55,485 nt of DNA from Candidatus Fimenecus sp. (GTDB lineage: Bacteria; Bacillota; Clostridia; Oscillospirales; Acutalibacteraceae). Each line of letters opens with the position of its first letter. The first letter of the stretch is position 1. Location: contig DAVZHM010000001.1 of NCBI GenBank assembly GCA_052273845.1, positions 1-55,485 on the forward strand. Reading direction: 5' to 3'. This document shows, one piece after another, positions 9,191-17,900 of the stretch. Under the pieces are notes generated by a model. That model was not told where the DNA came from and searched no databases. It saw only the letters and a program-made list of their open reading frames with translations. Position numbers and translations under genes: made by a program.

Positions 9191-9370
9191 GTGTTTCAAA
9201 TCACAACGAGGACAGGCAGGACGGTTGAGACTAAGATTATCAATTTGAATACTGCAATCCATAAACTGAAATTGCTGGAATACAATCAGAAGCGTGCCGG
9301 AATATACAATCCCGGATATTATCAAATTCAAAAATATGATGAACCACAGAAGCAGAACAATGCTGATTAG
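9191..9370 (+). CDS. Small hypothetical protein (59 aa), below the ORF-track cutoff
   Basis: A GTG start is preceded by AAAGGAGGAAAG. I translated it by hand as MFQITTRTGRTVETKIINLNTAIHKLKLLEYNQKRAGIYNPGYYQIQKYDEPQKQNNAD. Confidence 0.5.
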   Translation: MFQITTRTGRTVETKIINLNTAIHKLKLLEYNQKRAGIYNPGYYQIQKYDEPQKQNNAD

Positions 9371-9384
9371 GAAGAGGTATATCA

Positions 9385-9864
9385 ATGGACAATGAAAACT
9401 TTATGGATAGGTTTAACTCGCCTGAGGAATTTATCCGTTATGAAATTTGTGCAAACAAAGGTACACAAAATGTTGTTGATAAGGCTGACCTTGCAGCACT
9501 GATTCGCTCTTTTGGTTTTGAAATTGATGAAAGGAAACTGACAAAAGCAGATATGTATCTGTTGTTGAAAGATGCAATTTCTATTGAGGAAATCGCCGAT
9601 CATTGCTTGCACTTAGGCGTAAGTACGTATTGTTTTCAGCAAAAATTCGGAATTGCGCACGATGAGGTTAAGCGAATGGCGCGCCTTGGATTTCTAAAGG
9701 TAACGGGTTCGGTACGCTTTAGAATGTATGGCAAATACCGGCACGCTGATGTATACAGTGTGTTCGATTATTTCAGGCTAACGAAAGACGAAGTTGCCGT
9801 TTGGTTAAAATCCCATCCGAAAGGCACACGAACAAGAAAAGAAGATTATATGGAGGTTCGATAG
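9385..9864 (+). CDS. Hypothetical protein
   Basis: It is a 159-aa ORF with an SD-like AGGAAGAGG upstream. It is co-oriented and tightly packed with its neighbours. Confidence 0.6.
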   Translation: MDNENFMDRFNSPEEFIRYEICANKGTQNVVDKADLAALIRSFGFEIDERKLTKADMYLLLKDAISIEEIADHCLHLGVSTYCFQQKFGIAHDEVKRMARLGFLKVTGSVRFRMYGKYRHADVYSVFDYFRLTKDEVAVWLKSHPKGTRTRKEDYMEVR

Positions 9865-9869
9865 GAATT

Positions 9870-10394
9870 ATGGAAGTCCTATTTTCATTTGGAACATCTA
9901 AGCAGTTTCCGTTCCAGGGTGGATATATCATCATCAATGCAGCTGATAGGCAGGAAGCAATTCAGGAATTCCGGAAACGGTATCCCGATGTGCATCAAGG
10001 TATTTTAAACTGCTCTGATGTCTATACAAGCCCTGAAAAGATAAGTGATTTCAAACGAGATGGAAACCTCGGCAAAGGTTGTCATTTATACATCCCCCTT
10101 AACCTACCCGAATTCTGCTATACCGTTTTGCGTTCCACGGGTGAATTTGCAATGCTTCGTCGGGGCGAAAGCGGATATTGTCCGATCAAAATAAATTTAG
10201 CAGGGAACCCCAATATTCGTGATCTTGCAGATAAACTGAACCAACAATTCGGTATAACAAAGCCACAAGAAGCGGCAATGGTTGCGGGTTCTATGTTTGG
10301 ATGGGACTGTCCCGCCGCCAATCCGCACAACTATGATAAAAGCGGCATACCAATCAAACCAAACCGCAAGAGCAAATCAGAACCTTACAGATAA
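9870..10394 (+). CDS. Hypothetical conjugative-element protein
   Basis: An internal ATG at 9870 lies 12 nt downstream of GGAGG. The product starts MEVLFSFGTSKQFPFQGGYIIINAADRQEAIQEF. I could not confidently recall a family. Confidence 0.55.
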   Translation: MEVLFSFGTSKQFPFQGGYIIINAADRQEAIQEFRKRYPDVHQGILNCSDVYTSPEKISDFKRDGNLGKGCHLYIPLNLPEFCYTVLRSTGEFAMLRRGESGYCPIKINLAGNPNIRDLADKLNQQFGITKPQEAAMVAGSMFGWDCPAANPHNYDKSGIPIKPNRKSKSEPYR

Positions 10395-10406
10395 GGAGAA
10401 AAAGTT

Positions 10407-10580
10407 ATGAAAGTGTATTCCCTCAATTGTGATAGCGGCTTCAACAAAGTATTTTATGCACTATTATCAGCAGGAAAGCTAACCAACATAAGACAGCGGT
10501 TTGATTTTAACATCGACGCTGTTGTTTTAGAGGGAACAGTCTGTAATTCCCTCTGCTTGAAAGGAGAAAAAACACAATGA
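10407..10580 (+). CDS. Small hypothetical protein (57 aa), below the ORF-track cutoff
   Basis: AAGGAG lies upstream of the ATG at 10407. Its stop overlaps the next start (ATGA at 10577-10580). Confidence 0.45.
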   Translation: MKVYSLNCDSGFNKVFYALLSAGKLTNIRQRFDFNIDAVVLEGTVCNSLCLKGEKTQ

Positions 10581-10903
10581 AGAACCTTAATTTTGGCTGC
10601 AATACCGAAGAAGCTCTACCCCCCATATTCTCTTTGAATGTAGCGTTTACAGGCAGCCAACTCACGGTAGATGCAAATCAACTCAACGCGCTTATCTCTG
10701 CTGGCGCGGAGTGTGATGTTTTAGCCGAAGAACGCCTTGTAGAGATTCAAAAGGAATTGCAGAACACCTATGAAAAGGTAACATCCCTTTTTGAAGATGT
10801 TCTTTTTTCTATGTTCGGTTCGGATGCCGTTATCAAAAATGAAATCCAAAGCGTTTCCGAAAGCACCATATTTTTTATCGGAGGTGAAGATGATGAAGAT
10901 TAA
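10577..10903 (+). CDS. Hypothetical acidic protein
   Basis: It is a 108-aa ORF with AAAGGAG upstream, and its start is coupled to the stop of the preceding gene. Confidence 0.55.
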   Translation: MKNLNFGCNTEEALPPIFSLNVAFTGSQLTVDANQLNALISAGAECDVLAEERLVEIQKELQNTYEKVTSLFEDVLFSMFGSDAVIKNEIQSVSESTIFFIGGEDDED

Positions 10904-11096
10904 CAATCGAAACTTAACAATACTTCGCAAGGTAGTTGAAGCAGGCTTTACCGACGAAAAATCCATTTCTGCTTTAACGGCAGAAAATATGGTTAGCTTT
11001 TGTAAGGACTTGCGGGATATGAAGACGGTAATTGAACTGCAAAAAGCAATTAAGACAAACACTATTATTGCATTTCTGACCACAAAGGAGGAATAA
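10890..11096 (+). CDS. Hypothetical small protein (68 aa)
   Basis: The ATG at 10890 is preceded by GGAGGTGAAG. The track ORF that starts at 10791 would overlap the previous gene extensively. Confidence 0.5.
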   Translation: MMKINNRNLTILRKVVEAGFTDEKSISALTAENMVSFCKDLRDMKTVIELQKAIKTNTIIAFLTTKEE

Positions 11097-11100
11097 GCCT

Positions 11101-12378
11101 ATGCCCAAACGAGTTTACATCGATATGGACGGCACACTATGCCGATTCCACGATGTCGAGCATAAATACATCGAGCGAATGTGGGAGCAGGGATTCTACC
11201 TGAACCTCCAGCCGTTTGAAGAATTTTTAAAAGCAATATCTCTCTGTATCGACCGCAACCCCGATACAGAGTTTTTTATTCTTTCGGCGGTTTTGGAGAC
11301 CGAACCACCGTTTGCCGAAACTGAAAAACGCGAATGGTTGCACACACATCTTCCGCAGCTCTCAGATGGAAATATGGTATTTGTTCCTGCCGGTACAGAT
11401 AAGACTGCACTTATTCCCGATATGGGCGCCGACTGTGTATTGATTGACGATTACAACAAAAACCTATCGGAATGGAGGCAGCAAGGCGGCACGGCAATTA
11501 AGTTTATCAATGATATTAACGACCGTGGATTAGGCGCATACGGCGGTGAAAAAGGCAACATTTGGGACGGAGAACGCGTTCGATACGATGATAGCGCAAT
11601 GGCAACTTGCTTGCAGATTGAGCGTTTATCGGGCATTTCAAACACAGCGGAAAAAGAAAATGCTTTTTATGGGTTTTCGGATGATGTTCTTCCTGACCGT
11701 TTTCTTGAATTGCTTCCGTCTTATTTCTCGATACGGCAGACGCACGATGTACTTTTAATTCAGGAGTTATATCGCAAAGGCGAAGGGTTCTTCGATTACG
11801 AATCGGTATCCGCGCGCACACGCGATTTTGTCCGTCAAATAACCGACAGCAAAGCAACCGGTCAGCTCGCCCTTTTTCAAACGAACAATGGCGTGAATGA
11901 TGCGATGATGAATTGCCTTAATACCTGCTACACCCTGTCTCGCGCATACGGTATTCCCCTTACCAAGATAACCGGTTGGATGACCGCTTCAATTCGGCAA
12001 GAGCACCTTTGGCAAACATACCCGGTCACTTGTTCCAACTTGCAGACATACATTACTAAACAGCTTGCACGGGATACAAGGTTGACAGTTCTGTCAGACC
12101 AAATTAAGACAGTATCTACGCAATTAAATCAAACAGAGAGCCGCGTCTATCTACCTGCATCATCAGATGTTGAGATGGATGTTGTTTCTAATGGCACACA
12201 AAAAGATGTGCTTTCTGCTTGGTGCAAACAGATTAAAAACCGCCTAAAAGAATACACCGATGAATGGCGACAGCTCGCCGGAGTAGAATATCCAAACATA
12301 CTGTTCGGGAACGGACAAATAAAATATCATAAATATGCTGAACCTCAAAAAAATCTGCGAAACATTCGTCAAAAATAA
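11101..12378 (+). CDS. HAD-superfamily 5'(3')-deoxyribonucleotidase-like domain fused to a ~250-aa domain of unknown function
   Basis: The N-terminus YIDMDGTLCRF carries the DxDGT HAD motif I. CVLIDDYNKNL resembles the NT5C family. I could not recognise the C-terminal half. Confidence 0.6.
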   Translation: MPKRVYIDMDGTLCRFHDVEHKYIERMWEQGFYLNLQPFEEFLKAISLCIDRNPDTEFFILSAVLETEPPFAETEKREWLHTHLPQLSDGNMVFVPAGTDKTALIPDMGADCVLIDDYNKNLSEWRQQGGTAIKFINDINDRGLGAYGGEKGNIWDGERVRYDDSAMATCLQIERLSGISNTAEKENAFYGFSDDVLPDRFLELLPSYFSIRQTHDVLLIQELYRKGEGFFDYESVSARTRDFVRQITDSKATGQLALFQTNNGVNDAMMNCLNTCYTLSRAYGIPLTKITGWMTASIRQEHLWQTYPVTCSNLQTYITKQLARDTRLTVLSDQIKTVSTQLNQTESRVYLPASSDVEMDVVSNGTQKDVLSAWCKQIKNRLKEYTDEWRQLAGVEYPNILFGNGQIKYHKYAEPQKNLRNIRQK

Positions 12379-12406
12379 ACTTTTTTCATAAGAAAGGACT
12401 GTTAAA

Positions 12407-13408
12407 ATGGCAACGACAACAGTTTTTCGTGTAGAAAAAAATAAAAACTACACAACAATCTCAAATCATCACTTACAGGATAAAAACCTCTCCCTGAAAT
12501 CAAAGGGATTATTAACTTTAATACTTTCTCTGCCGCCCGATTGGGATATGACCTTGAAAGGGCTTGTGTCGCTCAGCGGCGACGGTGTTGATTCAGTTCG
12601 TTCAGGGATTCAGGAGCTGGAAAAAAACGGCTATTTAAGGCGTTCACGCTCTCGCAACACTCTCGGGCAACTGCTATGTACGGAATACACTATTTACGAA
12701 CAGGCGGTAAAAGACGAAGCTATTCCGGAAGTAAACACATTTGAAGAAAACCTGAATACACTGTATACAGAAAATGCCCAGGTTGGAAAATCCAATGTGG
12801 ATAAAAGCAGCCAGATTGGAAAATCCGATGTGGCAGAAACACCAAAGAAAAATGCAGAAAAAAACAGCGACAACCAGATTGGATTTCCCAATGTTGGGAA
12901 ACCCTATATAGGGAAAACCGATACAATAAAAGACTTAAATAATAAAGGTACTGATAATATAAATAACTATCCCAATCAATCTACATATGACAGTAAGTTA
13001 TATAAAGCGCCGAAAGATAATTCGATTGATGAGATGGAAAAAGCGCAAAAGCTTTATGATGAGCGAAAGGCTTACGAGGAAACTGTTAAACAGAACATTT
13101 CTTATGACATCCTGCCCGCACAGGAAATAAGCCGTGATTTTTTAGATTTATGCGTTCAGGTAATGGTCGATGCAATTACAAGCACAAAGCCCTATATAAA
13201 AATCAAAGGGCAAGATATACCTCAGCAGGCTGTTAAAAGCGTATTACTAAAATTAGACGAAAACAACATTGCCTATGTTGATATGTGCATTTCCTCATCT
13301 AAAACCGCGATTAAGAATATGCAGTCATATGTTTTGACCGCCTTATACTGCTCTCAATACGGAAGCGACACATACTATGAACAACTCGTAAAACACGATT
13401 TTTCTTAA
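12407..13408 (+). CDS. Replication-initiator-like winged-helix protein (N-terminal wHTH, C-terminal element-specific domain)
   Basis: FRVEKNKNYTTISNHHLQDKNLSLKSKGLLTLILSLPPDWDMTLKGL and IQELEKNGYL are typical of phage/ICE replication-organiser wHTH proteins. There is an internal IGKS(N/D)V repeat. Confidence 0.55.
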   Translation: MATTTVFRVEKNKNYTTISNHHLQDKNLSLKSKGLLTLILSLPPDWDMTLKGLVSLSGDGVDSVRSGIQELEKNGYLRRSRSRNTLGQLLCTEYTIYEQAVKDEAIPEVNTFEENLNTLYTENAQVGKSNVDKSSQIGKSDVAETPKKNAEKNSDNQIGFPNVGKPYIGKTDTIKDLNNKGTDNINNYPNQSTYDSKLYKAPKDNSIDEMEKAQKLYDERKAYEETVKQNISYDILPAQEISRDFLDLCVQVMVDAITSTKPYIKIKGQDIPQQAVKSVLLKLDENNIAYVDMCISSSKTAIKNMQSYVLTALYCSQYGSDTYYEQLVKHDFS

Positions 13409-13425
13409 AGCAAAAACTATAAAAC

Positions 13426-13467
13426 AAAATTCGCACATTTGTATATGCAAAAAATGTATGATAATAT
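13426..13467 (+). promoter_or_regulatory. Sigma-A-type promoter with a shared upstream box, driving the surface-protein operon
   Basis: It reads TTGTAT, 17 nt, TGaTAATAT (extended -10). The 16-mer AAAATTCGCACATTTG is also present at 49538-49553. The palindrome GATAATG-5-CATTATC lies at 13476-13494. Confidence 0.5.
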
Positions 13468-13519
13468 AACATACAGATAATGTGTTCCATTATCACAAAT
13501 ATACAAGTAGGTGAGAAAG

Positions 13520-13876
13520 ATGAAAAAAATCCTGTTAGGCTTGTTTCGCGTTTTGTTCGAACTTTTACAAATGATTCTTCGACCGATTGGACGAATCGGT
13601 ACGGGACTTTCAACACTTGCGTTGATTGTTTTCGGTCTTTTGGTTTTATTTGGGGGAGCAAATAATCCATTTGAAAAAAAGTTTTTGCTTATTTCATTCG
13701 GATGTTTTATGTTCTTCTCTATCCTTTGGAGAATCGGCACAATCATATTGCCCGTCAAAGTGAAAGAGGAAATCACCGTGAAGGTCATCGATGAAAAATC
13801 AGGCGTGGAAATTCCCTCAAGACTGTGCAGGGCAGCGATAAAGAAAAATAAGATATACGGAGGCTGTAAGTTATGA
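13520..13876 (+). CDS. Small integral membrane protein
   Basis: The ATG follows GTAGGTGAGAAAG. Three hydrophobic segments are visible. Confidence 0.6.
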   Translation: MKKILLGLFRVLFELLQMILRPIGRIGTGLSTLALIVFGLLVLFGGANNPFEKKFLLISFGCFMFFSILWRIGTIILPVKVKEEITVKVIDEKSGVEIPSRLCRAAIKKNKIYGGCKL

Positions 13877-14832
13877 AGAAGTTTTTAGAAAAAATCAAAA
13901 CGGATAAAAAGACGAGAGATACCGTGGTTTGTTCAGCTGTGGGCGCGGTGATTGTGATCGCGGCGGCAGTGATTGTGCCGACCGTGGCGAAAACGCGCGT
14001 GCCTGTTGTTACAAAGAACACGCCGCCGACAGTGGTGGAAACGGTTACGGACGAATCGGGCGAGGTCGTTACCGATGCTTCGGGTGAAGCTGTAACAGCG
14101 GTTTATGACGAGGTTCCCGTCACGGACGCCAGCGGTGAACAGGTAACCAACGCAGACGGAACGGCGAGTATGCAGCGCGTACCGCATACAGAAGCTGCGG
14201 ACAGCGAAAAAGAGAAGGGCGGCATTTTCAGCGGTCTGTTTGGTGGCGGTGAGCGTACGGAGGGCGGCACAGGCAGTGCCAACGGTTCGGGCAATCAAGG
14301 CGGGAACAGCGGCGCAGGCGCGGGAACGCCTGTTGTAAACTCGCCCGCAGGCGGCAACGCGGGCGACTCGGGTACTTCATCGAGCACACCTACAAACCCG
14401 ACAAAGCCCACCGAGCCTACAACCGAAAAACCTACGGAAAAACCCACAAGTGCTCCGATAGCCCCGCCGACCGCAAAGCCCACGGAGAAACCCACAGAAA
14501 AACCTACTGAAAAACCGACTATTAAGCCGACCGACCCGCCGACAACGGAACGCTCGGAAAGCGTTGACTATTTCGTGCAGTACGCCATCAACTACGGTAA
14601 GTCCATCGGGTTGACCTACAGAACGGATTTGCCGAAAGATGTATTTGGTTATGATAATCCTCTGTTGATTTGTACCATTGAAACAGGTAATGAGATTAGT
14701 ATTCTTGAAAGAGCAATCGAACGACGCTTAAATGAATATAAGTCCTATAGTTATCAATCCTTCAATGTTTGGACGGAGCAAAAACCAAACGGCGATTATC
14801 GGCTGGTCATTGGCTACACTTCTTGGGAATAA
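13873..14832 (+). CDS. Membrane-anchored extracellular protein with a Pro/Thr-rich (KPTEKPTE) linker
   Basis: It has an N-terminal TM helix, a low-complexity PT repeat region and a globular C-terminal domain. The start overlaps the previous stop (ATGA). Confidence 0.65.
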   Translation: MKKFLEKIKTDKKTRDTVVCSAVGAVIVIAAAVIVPTVAKTRVPVVTKNTPPTVVETVTDESGEVVTDASGEAVTAVYDEVPVTDASGEQVTNADGTASMQRVPHTEAADSEKEKGGIFSGLFGGGERTEGGTGSANGSGNQGGNSGAGAGTPVVNSPAGGNAGDSGTSSSTPTNPTKPTEPTTEKPTEKPTSAPIAPPTAKPTEKPTEKPTEKPTIKPTDPPTTERSESVDYFVQYAINYGKSIGLTYRTDLPKDVFGYDNPLLICTIETGNEISILERAIERRLNEYKSYSYQSFNVWTEQKPNGDYRLVIGYTSWE

Positions 14833-14867
14833 TCCATCAACGACCGCTTAAAAATCCATAATGCAAA

Positions 14868-14897
14868 AAGAGACTTGTTTTGACAAGTCTCTTTTTT
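14868..14897 (+). terminator. Intrinsic terminator
   Basis: The hairpin is AGAGACTTG-ttttga-CAAGTCTCT, followed by TTTTTT. Confidence 0.7.
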
Positions 14898-14959
14898 GTT
14901 GTGCTTTTTCGTCCGTAGGGGCGTTTACATAGATACTTTTCGAATGAAAGGAAAAAACA

Positions 14960-17900
14960 ATGAAACAACAAATGAAACGAACAACAAAACGCTGCTTCGC
15001 GGTGCTGTTGGCAATGCTTATGCTGTTTTCCTGCTTTTCCACCGTTATTTCGGCAGCGGATTGGAGCGGAGAGGTCTACATTATCAACTATCCGCGCTCG
15101 GCAGATCCGAACAAAAGCGGCTGGGGGCACCCCGATCTGTATTTAATGGACGGCTGGTATATGAAAGCCTCCGACAAAATGGTGATGCGCTCCATCGACG
15201 GCTATGAAGGTCCGACCTGCTACTGCATCGAGCCGGGCATCAGCCAGCATACGGGGGATACACTTACACAACATGGAGAAAACTATTGGGCTAAGCATCC
15301 TGGTAATAGTACCATCGAGAGAGATGTAATTCAAAGCTTAATTGGGCGCATTCTCCAATATGGCTGGACAGGCAATAACAGTTTGAATTGGATTACAACC
15401 GACCCGGCTGCCGCGAATGAGCTGGCGCAGGCAAAGGCTACGCAGATTCTGATTCACGAGGTCATTGTCGGCGAACGGCGTGCGGATTTCTCGAAAGTCA
15501 ACGCACACGACTACGGCTGCAACAATGCCGCCGAGCAGGTCACAGCAGACTGCCCGATTTATGCACAGATTATGGAGCATTACTTCCGAATTGAAGCTGC
15601 TGTCAAACAGCATATGCTACAACCGAACTTCGGCGGTTCGGAATTTGAACTGAGTTACAATAACGGAACATATTCCGTTACGCTGACCGATCAAAACAAT
15701 GTGCTCGGAAAATATGATTTTTCATCGAATGCCGATGTTTCTATTCAAAAAAACGGCAATCAGCTCACTATTTCCACAACCAATCCGACAAGCAAATCCA
15801 TTCAGGTAATGGGCAAAAGCGTCGGGTTGAAAACGCGTGCGTTTGTGGTTTGGTCAGACGGGACAACAGGCAAAGACAATAACGGACAGATTCAGGATCA
15901 AATTCAATACGGCGCGGAAGTTGACGACCCCTTGGCTATGGTTCGTCTAACGCTGAAGGTTGCCACCGGTAATGTCAAAATCGTTAAGGGATCCGAGGAC
16001 GGTCAGGTTGCAGGAATTGATTTCCATTTGGAAGGTGCAGGCGTCAATACCGATGTCACCACGAACGCAAACGGTGAAATACAGGTAGACGGGTTGCGCG
16101 GCGGTGAACAAGTTACCATTACTGAAAAGCCGAAAGATAAATATGTGCAACCGAAAAGCCAAACTGTAACCGTTCTGCCAGGGCAGACGACTTCGGTATA
16201 TTTCTCAAATATCCTCAAAAAATTCACTGTTTCCGTCCAAAAACAGGACAGCGCAACGGGAACAGCACAAGGTGACGCCACTTTGAAAAACGCCGTATAC
16301 GGCATTTATGACGGCGACACGCTTGTAGACACCTACACGACCGATGAAAACGGCTCGTTTACCTCAAAAGAATACATTTGCGGTGAAAATTGGATGCTCA
16401 AGGAGCTGACACCCTCTGAAGGCTATTTGCTTGATGAAACAGTACACCACATCGGCGCAGAACCCGGCAATTTCACAATCGAACATAACCCCATTTCTAT
16501 GACTGTGACCGAAGATGTCAAACTCGGACAAATCGCTATCATCAAGCATAACGACAATGGCGATACGCAAATCGAAACACCCGAAGTCGGCGCAGAATTT
16601 GAAGTGTACTTGAAGTCGGTTGGCTCTTACGCCGCCGCAAATGACCGCGAAAGGGATTTGATGGTCACAGACGATTACGGCTTTGACCAATCAAAAAAAC
16701 TGCCCTACGGCATTTACACGGTGCATCAGACCAAAGGCAACGAGGGCACGGCGTTCATTCCTGACTTTTATGTGGTCATCAATGAACACGGCGAGACCTA
16801 CCGCTACATCATCAACAACGCCACCTTCGAGAGCTATTTGAAATTCACCAAGACGGACGCTGAAACGGGCAAAACGATTCCGCTTGCCGGCACAGGCGTA
16901 CAGCTTTACGATCCTGCGGGCAATCTGATAACAATGTCCTTTACTTATCCGACACCAACGACCGTTGACACCTTCTATACGGACAGCGAGGGCAAGCTCG
17001 TCACACCCGAAAAATTACCTTACGGTAAAGGCTATTCGGCGGTCGAAGTCAAAGCCCCTTACGGCTATGTGCTTGACAGCACGCCTGTGTACTTCGATGT
17101 TACGCCCGAAACAATGCAAGAGGACGGCGGCATTACCGTTGTTATGATTTCCAAGTCCGATATGGCGCAGAAAGGCACGATCGATATCAAGAAACTCGGC
17201 GAGGTATTTAGCTCTGTCACCGAGGAAAACGGCGTTTATCAGCCTGTATTTGCACTTGCAAACAATAAGGGCGCAGAGTTCAGAATTACCGCCGCCGAAG
17301 ATATAGTTACGCCTGACGGCACGATTCGCGCAGCTGCGGGTACCGTCGTGGATAATCTTGTGATTGGTAACGGGGTTGCGAAATCCAAGCCGCTGTATCT
17401 CGGCAAATATTTTGTGGAGGAAACAAAGGCGGCGCACGGTATGGTGTTGGATACCGCTGTTTACGAAGTAACGCTTGCTTACGCAGGGCAGAATGTGTCT
17501 GTGACCACGGCGGCAATTACGGTCACCAATGCGCGACAAAAAGCAATTATTGACCTCAAGAAAGTTTTGGAGCAGGACGAGATGTTTGGAATCGGCACGA
17601 ATGGTGAAATCGGCAAAGTGCAGTTTGCGCTGTATGCTACAGAAAATTTGACGGCAGCGGATGGCTCGGTGATTCCGAAAGACGGTTTACTGGAGATCCT
17701 CAGCTTAAACGAGGACGGCACAGCAACCTTCCACACAGATTTACCCGTAGGTGCCAAAACCTATGTGAAAGAATACAGCACAGACGAACATTATGTTCTG
17801 TCCGACAAAATCTATCCTGTTGTGTTTGAATGCGCAGGGCAGAACACGGCAATCGTGCAGCTGCACATTAACAATGGTGAAGCCGTTGGAAACACACTCA

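Noticed and set aside
14390-14540. Tandem periodic DNA (AAACCCACGGAGAAACCCACAGAAAAACCTACTGAAAAACCGACT) that looked like a repeat array.
   Set aside because: It lies inside an open reading frame and encodes a KPTEKPTE Pro/Thr linker. It has no spacer-repeat architecture, so it is not a CRISPR array or a non-coding satellite.
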